The notes under the pieces were generated by a model that ran no database searches, was not told the origin of the DNA, and saw only the letters and a program-made list of their open reading frames with translations. DNA of 64,000 bases from an uncultured Acidobacteriota bacterium (GTDB taxonomy: Bacteria; Actinomycetota; Acidimicrobiia; Spongiisociales; ZC4RG35): assembly GCA_963828465.1 (NCBI GenBank), contig CAWHEU010000022.1, positions 539,887-603,886 of the forward strand, read 5' to 3'. The translations under genes were made by a program, and so were the position numbers. Positions 9,813 to 18,498 of this stretch are shown piece after piece; within the stretch, counting starts at the first letter, position 1; each line of letters begins with the position of its first letter.

Positions 9813-9928
9813 CTCCGAGCGGCTAATGTTCCCGGCCCTGGCGGTGGTCTCGGGAGGTTCCACCACCTGAGGAGGAGAGCGTCGGCCCATGACTCTGGGT
9901 CGGAGCAGTTGGTATTAGGAAGGGACGC

Positions 9929-10426
9929 GTGGACCAGTCATTCACAGCCGAGCAGGCATGCCGGCTGACGAACTGCACTCATCATCAACTTCGATATTGG
10001 GATCGTGTTGGACTGGTCAAACCCTCCGTGCAGACAACGGGTGGAAGACCCGGGGTTCGTCGCCTCTATTCGTTCAGGGATCTCGTCGCACTGAGAGTCG
10101 TTCGCAGCCTTCTGGACAACGGCATGTCGCTGCAGAGGGTCAGACGTGCCTGGGACTATCTCCGCCGGGAGGGAGAGATGGACGACCATCTCGCCGAGGT
10201 CAAGCTCGTCACCGACGGCCAAACCATATTTCACGTGGGCTCGGACGAGGGGGAGTTGATGGACGCCCTTCGCACAGGCCAGCTCGCCTTCTTCGTTGCA
10301 ATCGACGAGATCGCCAGGGAGGTAGAGGAAGACGTCTCCAGATTCGAGCTGGATCGAAGCCGATTTCTGGACATGCTCCGCCGCGTCGAGGACGACATCG
10401 GCGAAGAGCGGGCCGCCGGCTCCTAG
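9929..10426 (+). CDS. MerR-family transcriptional regulator (Rv1830/McdR-like)
   Basis: QLRYWDRVGLVKPS...RRLYSFRDLVALRVVRSLLDNGMSLQRVR, then LVTDGQTIF and GQLAFFVAI. Confidence 0.85.
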   Translation: MDQSFTAEQACRLTNCTHHQLRYWDRVGLVKPSVQTTGGRPGVRRLYSFRDLVALRVVRSLLDNGMSLQRVRRAWDYLRREGEMDDHLAEVKLVTDGQTIFHVGSDEGELMDALRTGQLAFFVAIDEIAREVEEDVSRFELDRSRFLDMLRRVEDDIGEERAAGS

Positions 10427-12741
10427 TCCCGGTCGATCAATGATTTCGGGTTGAGGGAGGCCAGTGCCCGATCCCGACCCTCGAAGTTCCGCTTGATCCA
10501 GGTTTCCACATGGGTCAGGTCCGAGACGTGCCCCAGACCCTCGCGGTTCCCGTAGACCGTGGCCGAATACGACGATGCCAATGGGACCAGTGACCGATCG
10601 GTGGCGTGGGCGAACTCGAGGGGGGTCTGATTGGAGGGGACCGGGGCGCCGAGGTCGGCGAGGCGATCGACGATCTCGTCCCATGCCGCGGTGATGTCAC
10701 CCTCGCGCAGCCGCTGTATCCGTCTCCGCCGTCTGAATGCCTTCAGGGTCGGGACCAGCGCGGCGAGAACTGCCAGGACCGGCAGTATCAGCCAGACCCA
10801 CGTGAGTTGGAAGCCGCTGTTGGCGCCAGAACCGGCGCCGATCGCGCCTCCGCCCTCTTCGAACTGGCTTTCGGCGAAGAACCCTGGTTGACCGAGCGTG
10901 TCCGAGCCCTCCACGCTCTCGGGCAGATAAGGCTCCGGGTCGAATTCAGCCGTGACGCTCTCGGGGAGCGTGCCGTCGGCCCGGGGAGTCGGATCGAAGC
11001 GAACCCAGCCGAACCCATCCATCCACATCTCGACCCAGGCATGGGCATTGTTGTCCCGGACAACGATCAACTCGCTGCCGTCGTCCTGCAGCTCCACGGT
11101 GCCCGGTGTGAATCCCCAGACAACACGGCTGGGGATTCCCACGACACGGCCCAGGTAGGCCATGGCGGCGGCGAACTGCTCGCAATATCCGATCCGGTAG
11201 TTCTGGCTCTCCGGGTCCGTGAGCCACGCCTCCAGGTCGAGGGTGTCGTGCCCGGTCGACACCTCGGTGGAGTACGTGAAGTCACCGCTGTCCCGGAACC
11301 AGTGCTGGAGCAGCCACGCTGCCTCGAAAGGAGTCGAGGCACGCGCCGTCTGACGTCTCGCCTCCTGACCCAACGCCCGGGGAACCTCCTCGGTGAGATC
11401 AGTGAATCTCAAAATGTCCGAGGGCGGGGTTACGTCGCCGGGGGGCTCACCGGGTTGCATCGAGGTCGCTCCGGCTTCGGCCGCATTGGCGAACAAGGGG
11501 CTGAGAGTGCCATTGGGGATGGTGGCCAGGGCACCGAGATCCGCATCCTGCAGGGGGAGGATCGACTGGGCGTCGTATTGGTCGCCCTCGTCCAACTCTG
11601 CCTGGTAGATGGCCGAGCCATCGGGGGTGATCTGGAACGCGCTGACATTGACCGACTCCGAACGGAAGAACTGCCCGACGCCGACAGTGGGCAGGACCTG
11701 GGACCTCAGGGCAGCGATCTGGACTCTCTGCGTGATCTCCTGGGTAGTTCCCCGATAGGCGTGCTCCGGGTTGCCGCCTCCGAGTCCCGGCTCGTAGAAG
11801 TCCGCCGGGCTGGTGGTGGGGCGCCAGGCCTCCCCGTCGAAGGAATCGAGACTCTCCATCCGCCAATAGATCTCGTTGGCGGGTGGTGCGTTCAGATCGA
11901 GGGTCGCCCGGAAGACCACGGCATTCGATCGCCGGATGATGCTTTGGTGCAGGTCGGCGAGGCGATCGAATGTGACGTCGCCGAACCCGGGGCCATAGCC
12001 TCCGCCATACCGCCAGCGGACGTTCCCCGTAGCCGGGACCAGCGAAGAGGCCGAGTCGGCGACGAACAGGGATCCTCCCGCTACCAGGGCGGCGAGGATG
12101 AGGGCCATACCGCCCGCCCGCCGAGCAAGTGGCCGACCCTCGACATCACGGACCCTCCCGGCCTCCTGACGCCGCTCGATCCCGATCGAGGCCAGGGCCA
12201 GTGCGATCACTATGGCTACGGCCCCCATCCAGATCGGCCCGCCCGGTATCCGGTCCATCACCGCGAATTGGAGATAGAGGCCAAGGGAGGGGGCGATCAT
12301 CGCAATCGAAGGACCCGCGGTGGCCCCCCAGACGTAGAGGGCACCCGTGATCCACATCAGCACAGCCAGGACGGCCACGAGACCGGAGGTAGGGAACACC
12401 GGAGCCACACCGAATCGGATCAGGTCGAGGGTCTGGCCCAGTTCGTCCCCCAGCCCACCCAGGGTGTCCGGGGTCGGGACGAAGCCCAATAACAGCGTGT
12501 CGGGGACGGCGATGCGGAAGAAAAGGGCTAGCCCGGCCACGACGAAGATCGCCATGGAGACTCTCTTGTTGTTGACTGTCTGGGCGAGCAGCCACCAGAT
12601 CACCCCGCCAAGGAAGGCGGAGGCGAGCATGATGAGCTGCCAATCGGGCGCCTCCGGCCCGGTGTCGAGGAGCCGCCCGAGCCGGACGATCATCAACACG
12701 AAGGCGGCGGCGCCGGCTAGCCGACCGAGGCCGTTGTCCAT
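10423..12741 (-). CDS. Membrane-bound transglutaminase-like protein (DUF3488/TgpA type)
   Basis: N-terminal TM bundle, YWR..SLDSFDG..W, catalytic triad GYCEQFA / AHAWVE / FDPTP, C-terminal TM and TPLEFA. Confidence 0.9.
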   Translation of the reverse strand: MDNGLGRLAGAAAFVLMIVRLGRLLDTGPEAPDWQLIMLASAFLGGVIWWLLAQTVNNKRVSMAIFVVAGLALFFRIAVPDTLLLGFVPTPDTLGGLGDELGQTLDLIRFGVAPVFPTSGLVAVLAVLMWITGALYVWGATAGPSIAMIAPSLGLYLQFAVMDRIPGGPIWMGAVAIVIALALASIGIERRQEAGRVRDVEGRPLARRAGGMALILAALVAGGSLFVADSASSLVPATGNVRWRYGGGYGPGFGDVTFDRLADLHQSIIRRSNAVVFRATLDLNAPPANEIYWRMESLDSFDGEAWRPTTSPADFYEPGLGGGNPEHAYRGTTQEITQRVQIAALRSQVLPTVGVGQFFRSESVNVSAFQITPDGSAIYQAELDEGDQYDAQSILPLQDADLGALATIPNGTLSPLFANAAEAGATSMQPGEPPGDVTPPSDILRFTDLTEEVPRALGQEARRQTARASTPFEAAWLLQHWFRDSGDFTYSTEVSTGHDTLDLEAWLTDPESQNYRIGYCEQFAAAMAYLGRVVGIPSRVVWGFTPGTVELQDDGSELIVVRDNNAHAWVEMWMDGFGWVRFDPTPRADGTLPESVTAEFDPEPYLPESVEGSDTLGQPGFFAESQFEEGGGAIGAGSGANSGFQLTWVWLILPVLAVLAALVPTLKAFRRRRRIQRLREGDITAAWDEIVDRLADLGAPVPSNQTPLEFAHATDRSLVPLASSYSATVYGNREGLGHVSDLTHVETWIKRNFEGRDRALASLNPKSLIDRD

Positions 12742-13895
12742 GAGCTCCTCATTGCAATCATCCAGGTAGGCGCCCAGGCCTGGTCGGGTGCAACCGATAC
12801 TGTCGTGACGCCCATACGGTGGAAGCCGATCAGGGTCTGAGAGGTCGAAGCCGACGCAGTCATCAGGACGGTTGTCGGGAAGTCGCCCGCCAGCAGTTGC
12901 TGAACACCTAGGAGCGGCCGGTCGGCTACCCCGGTGACGATGACAAGGGCCCCACCGCCACCCTTCTGTCGAATCCTCCCGGCGACGGCTTCGATGTCGA
13001 TTGCGGGGTCGGGTTGCACCAGCGCGAGGCGCTCCATCGCCGAGGAGTAGCGGGCGGCGTCAATGGCCTCCGCATCGCCGGCCCAGAGGTCCGCGTCGAA
13101 TCCTGAGGCGACGAGATGGGTGACGACCGTGGCCGCGCCCGAGACCGCCTTCTCGAACGCGTCCTGTGACTCGTAGCTGGTGCTGCGCACATCGAGAAGG
13201 ACCAGGGCGCGGGATTGCCACGGGGTCTCGAGCTGGCGGATCATCAGCTCATCGGTTCGAGCCGATGATGGCCAATGAACCCGTCGCAGGTCGTCGCCCT
13301 GCTGATACTCACGCAAGGTGTAGAAGTCTTCGCCTCCGCGCTGAGAATGTTCGGGGCGGGACGCCTGCATGGCCGGGTCCTGGCCCCGGACAATCGGGAA
13401 CCCGCTCAGCTCCTCAACGGCGGGATAGACCACGATCCGGTCCGCCGGGCCGGTCAACTCGCTCGTCTCCGCCAGACCGAGAGGATCGCTCACCCGCGCC
13501 ATCGTCGGCCCGACCCGGTAGACGCCACGGGGACGGCAGGTGACCCGATAGGTGGCTGTTGCCGACTCCTTGGACTTGAGTCGCGCCACCTCGAACACCG
13601 CCACACCGAGACGGTTCACGTCGTCCTCGATGGATAGACGGCTGACACCGTGTCGTGATGGGTTCTCGATCAGCAGCGTGACGGTCGTCGTCTCGCCGTC
13701 GTGAACCGTGGACGAGCCGAGTCTCCGGTTCACCTCGAGGTTGGGCCGCCGTCTCCGCACGTGGATGAGGGCGACTGCCTGCGCCAAGAGGAGGAACACG
13801 CCGGTGAGAAGCAACTCGACCTCGCCGAGGGCATACCAAAGGACGAGAAGGGCAAGACCGGCGCCCGACAGGGCCCAACCTCGCAGTGTCGGCAT
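12717..13895 (-). CDS. DUF58 domain protein
   Basis: RGVY, DPLGL, LREYQQGDDLRRVHWPSSAR..ELMIRQ. Confidence 0.9.
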   Translation of the reverse strand: MPTLRGWALSGAGLALLVLWYALGEVELLLTGVFLLLAQAVALIHVRRRRPNLEVNRRLGSSTVHDGETTTVTLLIENPSRHGVSRLSIEDDVNRLGVAVFEVARLKSKESATATYRVTCRPRGVYRVGPTMARVSDPLGLAETSELTGPADRIVVYPAVEELSGFPIVRGQDPAMQASRPEHSQRGGEDFYTLREYQQGDDLRRVHWPSSARTDELMIRQLETPWQSRALVLLDVRSTSYESQDAFEKAVSGAATVVTHLVASGFDADLWAGDAEAIDAARYSSAMERLALVQPDPAIDIEAVAGRIRQKGGGGALVIVTGVADRPLLGVQQLLAGDFPTTVLMTASASTSQTLIGFHRMGVTTVSVAPDQAWAPTWMIAMRSSWTTASVG

Positions 13896-14875
13896 CAGGT
13901 GGCGATCCGGGACGTGGTGCCCGGCACCCTCAACCTGCCCATCAGGTCTTCGATGACGTCGGGGAGCGTCTCGCCGCGCATCTGGGCCTCGGGTCGCAGC
14001 CCCATGCGATGTTCCAACACAGGGTGGGCCAGCAGCTTGATGTCGTCGGGTGTGACGTACTCCCTGCCCTGAGAGGCGGCTCGTGCCCTCGACAGCCGTT
14101 GGAGGAAGAGCGCCGAACGCGGCGAGGCGCCAAGCAGGACATCGGGATGCTGGCGGGTTCCGTCTACCAGGTCGATGATGTAGGTCTTCACCGACGAGGA
14201 GACCGTCACCTCGCGGGCCACCACCACGAGCTCTTCGATCTCCTCGACCGAAACCACGGGCTCCAGGTCCAGGAAGGTCGAGCGAACGCCATGGGTATCG
14301 AGGATCTCGAGCTCTTTCTGCCGGCTCGGATAACCGATGACCACTCTCATCATGAACCGGTCCAGCTGGGACTCGGGGAGTGGATATGTCCCCTCGTGCT
14401 CTAGAGGGTTCTGGGTCGCCATGACCATGAACGGGAGTGGCAGGGCGCGGGTCACACCGTCCGAGGTGACCTGGCGCTCCTCCATCGCCTCGAGCAGGGC
14501 GGATTGTGTCTTCGGGCTGGCCCTGTTGATCTCGTCCCCGACCACGATGTTGGCGAAGATCGGACCGGGCTTGAATTCGAACTCGTTGCGGTTGCGGTCC
14601 CAGACGGACACGCCGGTGACGTCGGAGGGGAGGAGATCCGGGGTGAACTGGACCCGTTGGAATTCGCTGTCGATCGACCGGGCTACCGACTTGGCCAACT
14701 GCGTCTTCCCAACACCGGGGACATCCTCCACGAGGACGTGGCCCTCGGCCACCAGGGCGAGCAGCACCAGTTCGACCACATCCCGCTTTCCCTGAATGAC
14801 CTTTTCGACGTTGGTCGCGATCAGGTCGAATCGTTTCGAGAATGCTTCGATTTGCTGAGGTGATACCACGTCCAA
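13895..14875 (-). CDS. moxR: MoxR-family AAA+ ATPase
   Basis: EDVPGVGKT, RVQFTPDLLPSD, DEINRASPKTQSALLEAM, ATQNP, LPESQLDRF. Confidence 0.93.
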   Translation of the reverse strand: MDVVSPQQIEAFSKRFDLIATNVEKVIQGKRDVVELVLLALVAEGHVLVEDVPGVGKTQLAKSVARSIDSEFQRVQFTPDLLPSDVTGVSVWDRNRNEFEFKPGPIFANIVVGDEINRASPKTQSALLEAMEERQVTSDGVTRALPLPFMVMATQNPLEHEGTYPLPESQLDRFMMRVVIGYPSRQKELEILDTHGVRSTFLDLEPVVSVEEIEELVVVAREVTVSSSVKTYIIDLVDGTRQHPDVLLGASPRSALFLQRLSRARAASQGREYVTPDDIKLLAHPVLEHRMGLRPEAQMRGETLPDVIEDLMGRLRVPGTTSRIAT

Positions 14876-14951
14876 AGACCCTCCCGACTCGCTTTTGTGG
14901 CTTCGATCCTACTGAGAGACGCTTTTATAGGTAGCTAGAGTTCCCACGGGA

Positions 14952-15203
14952 GTGTCCGACCGATCCATACACAATGGGCCCGGACTGGGCAGGGGTCTGT
15001 TTGCCTTGGCTGGCAGGCCCGTTTTGCTATGGGAAGCGGTCCGTGCCGCCGTAGCGATGAGACGTCGCCATGGTGCCTTTCCCTCCAACGTGTACCTCGA
15101 CTGGCGGCTGCACACGGCCTATGGCCATGCCTCGACGGAACCTCGACCCGAGGATTTGGCGTCTTATCTTTCATGGCGTAGAAGGATGCGTGCGATCTCA
15201 TGA
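14952..15203 (+). CDS. Small hypothetical protein
   Basis: 83 aa with YLDWRLHTAYG...DLASYLSW pattern; stop overlaps the next ATG (ATGA). Confidence 0.65.
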   Translation: MSDRSIHNGPGLGRGLFALAGRPVLLWEAVRAAVAMRRRHGAFPSNVYLDWRLHTAYGHASTEPRPEDLASYLSWRRRMRAIS

Positions 15204-15784
15204 AAGAGAAACTGGTCGAGCGGCTTCAGGACATACCCGGCGTGGAGTCGGTGTCGTTGAATCTCGAAGAACTCGAATCCGGGATCAAGGTCAAACTCGA
15301 CGAGGACGCCGACGAGGCCCAAGTCCTCGAGTCGGTCCGTGCCCTCCTGGTGGCCTACGGGGTGAGATCTCTCGAGCATTCTGATCTCGAGATAGGAAAT
15401 CGCCTCTCCCAGGCCAGGGCAGCTCTCGGCGTGGACGTCCGAATCTCCCAGGTGAAAGGCGGAGCCAGGGTCGAGGTCATCGGCACCGCCGTGCGCTCGT
15501 TCCGGCTTGTGCCCTCCACACCCATGGCGATCGCTCAGGGCATGTCCGACGCCTGGTGTCAGGTGCTTGGGCGCATACCGCTGGAGATCACGAGGGTCAC
15601 CCTTTCCCCGGACGATGGAACGCTCACTGTCGTCGCCACCGACGGGACTCAGGAGCGGACCGGCCACGCTGACCTCGAGGGTGGCTGGACCATGGCGTTG
15701 CCGCTGGCGGTGGGTCGTGCGATCGGGGTCGTGGAGCCTGCTTCTGAGGCGGGGGAGTCCGGTTTGACCCACACCGATTGGTAA
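15200..15784 (+). CDS. Hypothetical alpha/beta protein
   Basis: 194 aa, normal codon bias, translationally coupled to the upstream ORF. Confidence 0.75.
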   Translation: MKEKLVERLQDIPGVESVSLNLEELESGIKVKLDEDADEAQVLESVRALLVAYGVRSLEHSDLEIGNRLSQARAALGVDVRISQVKGGARVEVIGTAVRSFRLVPSTPMAIAQGMSDAWCQVLGRIPLEITRVTLSPDDGTLTVVATDGTQERTGHADLEGGWTMALPLAVGRAIGVVEPASEAGESGLTHTDW

Positions 15785-15811
15785 CGTCTCCGGGCAGGAA
15801 CAGCGTTTCTA

Positions 15812-16309
15812 ATGGCACGGGTCCTTGTATTGAACGCCAGCTACGAGCCGCTCTCGGTGGTGACCACACGCCGGGCGGTCGTCCTCGTCCTCAACCAGAA
15901 GGCCAGCGTCGTCGTGGGGAAAGACGAGACCTGGAGTTCCGAGAGCTCATCGGTCGAGGTTCCGTCTGTCGTTCGCCTCACCCGCTATGTGAAGGTGCCA
16001 TATCGCCGCGCTGCCCCGGTCACCCGACGAGCCGTCTTCGGGCGTGACGGCCACCGATGCCAGTACTGCGGAGGGCCGGCCGAATCCCTCGATCATGTGC
16101 TTCCCCGCTCCCGCGGTGGAGACCACAGCTGGGAAAACGTGGTGGCGTGCTGTCGTCCTTGCAACATCTCCAAGGGGGATCGCCTGCCCACCGAGGCGGG
16201 GCTTCGGTTGAGCACCAAGCCGGGCCCGCCCCGAAGGTATGCCTGGATCTATGCCTCGACCGGGTATCAAGTAGATCCTGCCTGGCATCCCTATCTCGAA
16301 GTCGCCTAG
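15812..16309 (+). CDS. HNH endonuclease
   Basis: RVLVLNASYEPL N-terminus, RD.H.CQYCG, DHVLPRSRGG..SWENVVACC..CN..KG. Confidence 0.92.
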   Translation: MARVLVLNASYEPLSVVTTRRAVVLVLNQKASVVVGKDETWSSESSSVEVPSVVRLTRYVKVPYRRAAPVTRRAVFGRDGHRCQYCGGPAESLDHVLPRSRGGDHSWENVVACCRPCNISKGDRLPTEAGLRLSTKPGPPRRYAWIYASTGYQVDPAWHPYLEVA

Positions 16310-16319
16310 CCGTCTGACC

Positions 16320-16877
16320 ATGGCGCCGCTTCGCCAGGTCTCGGTCGAAGACGCAGATCAAATAGCCGCCATCTACGAGCCCCTGGTGCGGGAGACCGCC
16401 GTCTCCTTCGAACTGGATCCTCCGAGTCCCGCCGAGATGGCGGATCGCATCCGATCGGTCACCTCCGGCCATCCCTGGTTGGTCAGCGAAGAGAGCGGGG
16501 TGATCCTCGCCTACGCCTATGCGACCTCGTTCCGGGGGCGCTCGGCATACCGGTGGTCGGTCGAGACCACGGTCTATGTGCACGAGGAGCATCGGGGCCG
16601 CGGAGTGGGTCGGCAGGTGTACAGGGGTCTTCTCGACCTCTCAGCCCTCTGGGGTTTCGCCAATGCGTTTGCCGGCATCGCCCTGCCCAACCCGGACAGC
16701 GAAGCTCTCCATGCCTCGATGGGGTTTACCTCGATCGGGATCTTTCCACGGGCGGGGCACAAGCTGGGGGAGTGGCACGACGTCGGCTGGTGGCATCGAC
16801 CACTCGCATCCAGTGACCCGCCGCGTGAGCCGGCCCCCCCTCCCAACGATCAGATTCGGGCTCTCCTCCAACCCTGA
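16320..16877 (+). CDS. GNAT N-acetyltransferase, phosphinothricin (Pat)/ArsN1-like
   Basis: SFELDPP, AYRWSVETTVYV, RGRGVG, GIALPN..S.ALH..MGF, GHKLGEWHDVGWW. Confidence 0.88.
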   Translation: MAPLRQVSVEDADQIAAIYEPLVRETAVSFELDPPSPAEMADRIRSVTSGHPWLVSEESGVILAYAYATSFRGRSAYRWSVETTVYVHEEHRGRGVGRQVYRGLLDLSALWGFANAFAGIALPNPDSEALHASMGFTSIGIFPRAGHKLGEWHDVGWWHRPLASSDPPREPAPPPNDQIRALLQP

Positions 16878-16940
16878 ACCAACTCCTTCTTGTCCTTCTT
16901 TCGTCACCTCAGGGGGCGTCCGTGTCGCCGGCAGGTCACT

Positions 16941-16990
16941 GGGTGGGGCAAAAGGTTGACAAGTGGGGTGAAGTGGGTCATAGTGGCGAA
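16941..16990 (+). promoter_or_regulatory. dcw promoter with MraZ-type GTGG direct repeats
   Basis: TTGACA (16956-16961), 17 bp spacer, CATAGT (16979-16984); GTGG at 16943, 16963, 16973 and 16983 (10-bp phase). Confidence 0.8.
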
Positions 16991-17045
16991 TACGGCCCAT
17001 GAGAAGTGGGGTCAGTGACATGAGGACGGACGGAGAAGCAAAGCA

Positions 17046-17459
17046 GTGTTCCTTGGCGAGTACTTCCACAGTCTCGACGGGAAGAGCCGGGTGGTCATGC
17101 CCTCCGGTTTTCGCCGTGATCTCGAAGACGGTTGTGTCGTCACCAAGGGCCAGGACCGTCAACTCGTCCTCTTCCCGTCCGGTGAGTTCGAGGCGAGGGC
17201 GACAGAGGTGACCGAGATGGAGCAGAACCGCTTCGGACGGCGATTCTCGCGCACGGTCTTCTCCGGCGCCGACCTGCAATCTCTCGACAAGTCGGGGCGG
17301 GTGCTCATCAAGCCCGACCTGAGGGACTTCGCCGACCTGGAGACGGGCAACGAGATCGCGGTGATCGGTGTCTTCGACCACGTCGAGCTGTGGAACAAGA
17401 CGCAATATCTCGAGGATCGTGCCCTCGGCGATCAGAGGTACCTGGAGGAGGACGACTAA
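17046..17459 (+). CDS. mraZ: Division/cell wall cluster repressor MraZ
   Basis: FLGEY.HSLDGKSRVVMP, LDKSGRVLI, IGVFDHVELW. Confidence 0.95.
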   Translation: MFLGEYFHSLDGKSRVVMPSGFRRDLEDGCVVTKGQDRQLVLFPSGEFEARATEVTEMEQNRFGRRFSRTVFSGADLQSLDKSGRVLIKPDLRDFADLETGNEIAVIGVFDHVELWNKTQYLEDRALGDQRYLEEDD

Positions 17460-17476
17460 CGACAGCAAGTGCGTGG

Positions 17477-17571
17477 CTGGTTCATCGCCAGCCCCCCGGA
17501 ACCAATGGAAGGCCCCTGACTCCGCCCGCTTCCAATTGGTACCAGCGCCCGGGGGGCTGGCAATGAGCCAG
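17477..17571 (+). ncRNA. Long cis-regulatory hairpin before rsmH (candidate mraW RNA motif)
   Basis: CTGGTTCATCGCCAGCCCCCCGG pairs with CCGGGGGGCTGGCAATGAGCCAG; inner ACCAATGGAAG pairs with CTTCCAATTGGT; C-rich loop. Confidence 0.6.
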
Positions 17572-18498
17572 AACCGGGACAACGACGACCGGGACTACCA
17601 CCGGCCGGTTCTGGAGCATGAGGTGGCTGGGCTGCTGGCCCCGGTGCTGCCGGGTGTCGTGGTGGACGCGACATTCGGTGGCGGGGGACACACCCGCCGG
17701 TTACTGGATGAGTTCGGAGAGAGCGTGAAAGTTGTAGCGATAGATCGCGATCCTGCGGCACTGGCCAACGCCAGCGAGCTCGGCGTACCCGCCGTCCAGG
17801 GCAACTTCGCCGACCTGAGCGACCTCGTCAGCTCGGTCACCGAGGAGCCGGTGTCCGGCGTCCTCTTCGATTTTGGGGTCTCTTCCCATCAGCTCGACGA
17901 GCCCGATCGGGGCTTCTCCTATCGCCATGACGGGCCGCTGGACATGCGCATGGGCCCCGATGCCGCCTACACCGCGGGCGAGGTGGTCAACGAATGGCCC
18001 GAGGACCGTCTCGCCGATGTCATCCGGCGTTTTGGTGAGGAGCCCCTGGCGCGGCGTCTCGCACATGCCATTGTCGAGGGGCGCCCATATCAGTCGACCA
18101 GCCAGCTATCCACCGTCGTGGCCGCGGCGGTCCCCGCGGCGCGCCGTCGGGCGGGTCATCCCGCCCGACGGACCTTCCAGGCGATCCGCATCGCGGTCAA
18201 CGGTGAGCTCGACGCCCTAACGACTGGTCTCGACAGCGCCATCGAGCTGGTGAGACCACAAGGACGGGTCCTGGCCATCTCATACCACTCCCTCGAGGAC
18301 CGAATCGTGAAGCGGCGGTTCACCCAAGGCGCCACCGGCTGCACCTGCCCTCCGGATCTCCCGGTTTGTGGATGCGGGAACAGCGCCGAGTTGCGGATTC
18401 TCACCAGAAAGCCGATTCGCGCCTCCGCTGCTGAGGTCGAGGGGAACAATCGAGCCCGCTCTGCGTCCCTGCGCGCTGCCGAAAAGGTGGCGGCATGA
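17563..18498 (+). CDS. rsmH: 16S rRNA m4C1402 methyltransferase
   Basis: HRPVL, DATFGGGGH, DFGVSSHQLD..RGFSY, PLDMRM, RTFQAIRIAVN, ISYHSLEDRIVK. Confidence 0.95.
   Translation: MSQNRDNDDRDYHRPVLEHEVAGLLAPVLPGVVVDATFGGGGHTRRLLDEFGESVKVVAIDRDPAALANASELGVPAVQGNFADLSDLVSSVTEEPVSGVLFDFGVSSHQLDEPDRGFSYRHDGPLDMRMGPDAAYTAGEVVNEWPEDRLADVIRRFGEEPLARRLAHAIVEGRPYQSTSQLSTVVAAAVPAARRRAGHPARRTFQAIRIAVNGELDALTTGLDSAIELVRPQGRVLAISYHSLEDRIVKRRFTQGATGCTCPPDLPVCGCGNSAELRILTRKPIRASAAEVEGNNRARSASLRAAEKVAA

Noticed and set aside
9813-9928. Glycine riboswitch (GGAGAG present) before the MerR gene
   Set aside because: The CCGAAG and CUCUCAGG core elements are missing; kept only as a weak structured-leader finding.
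10606-12492. 628-aa plus-strand ORF
   Set aside because: Antisense shadow of the transglutaminase gene, typical of high-GC codon bias, with no motifs.
15812-16309. HNH nuclease as a mobile element or CRISPR-associated effector
   Set aside because: No intron, inverted repeats, RuvC motifs or array nearby; it looks like a stand-alone chromosomal HNH.
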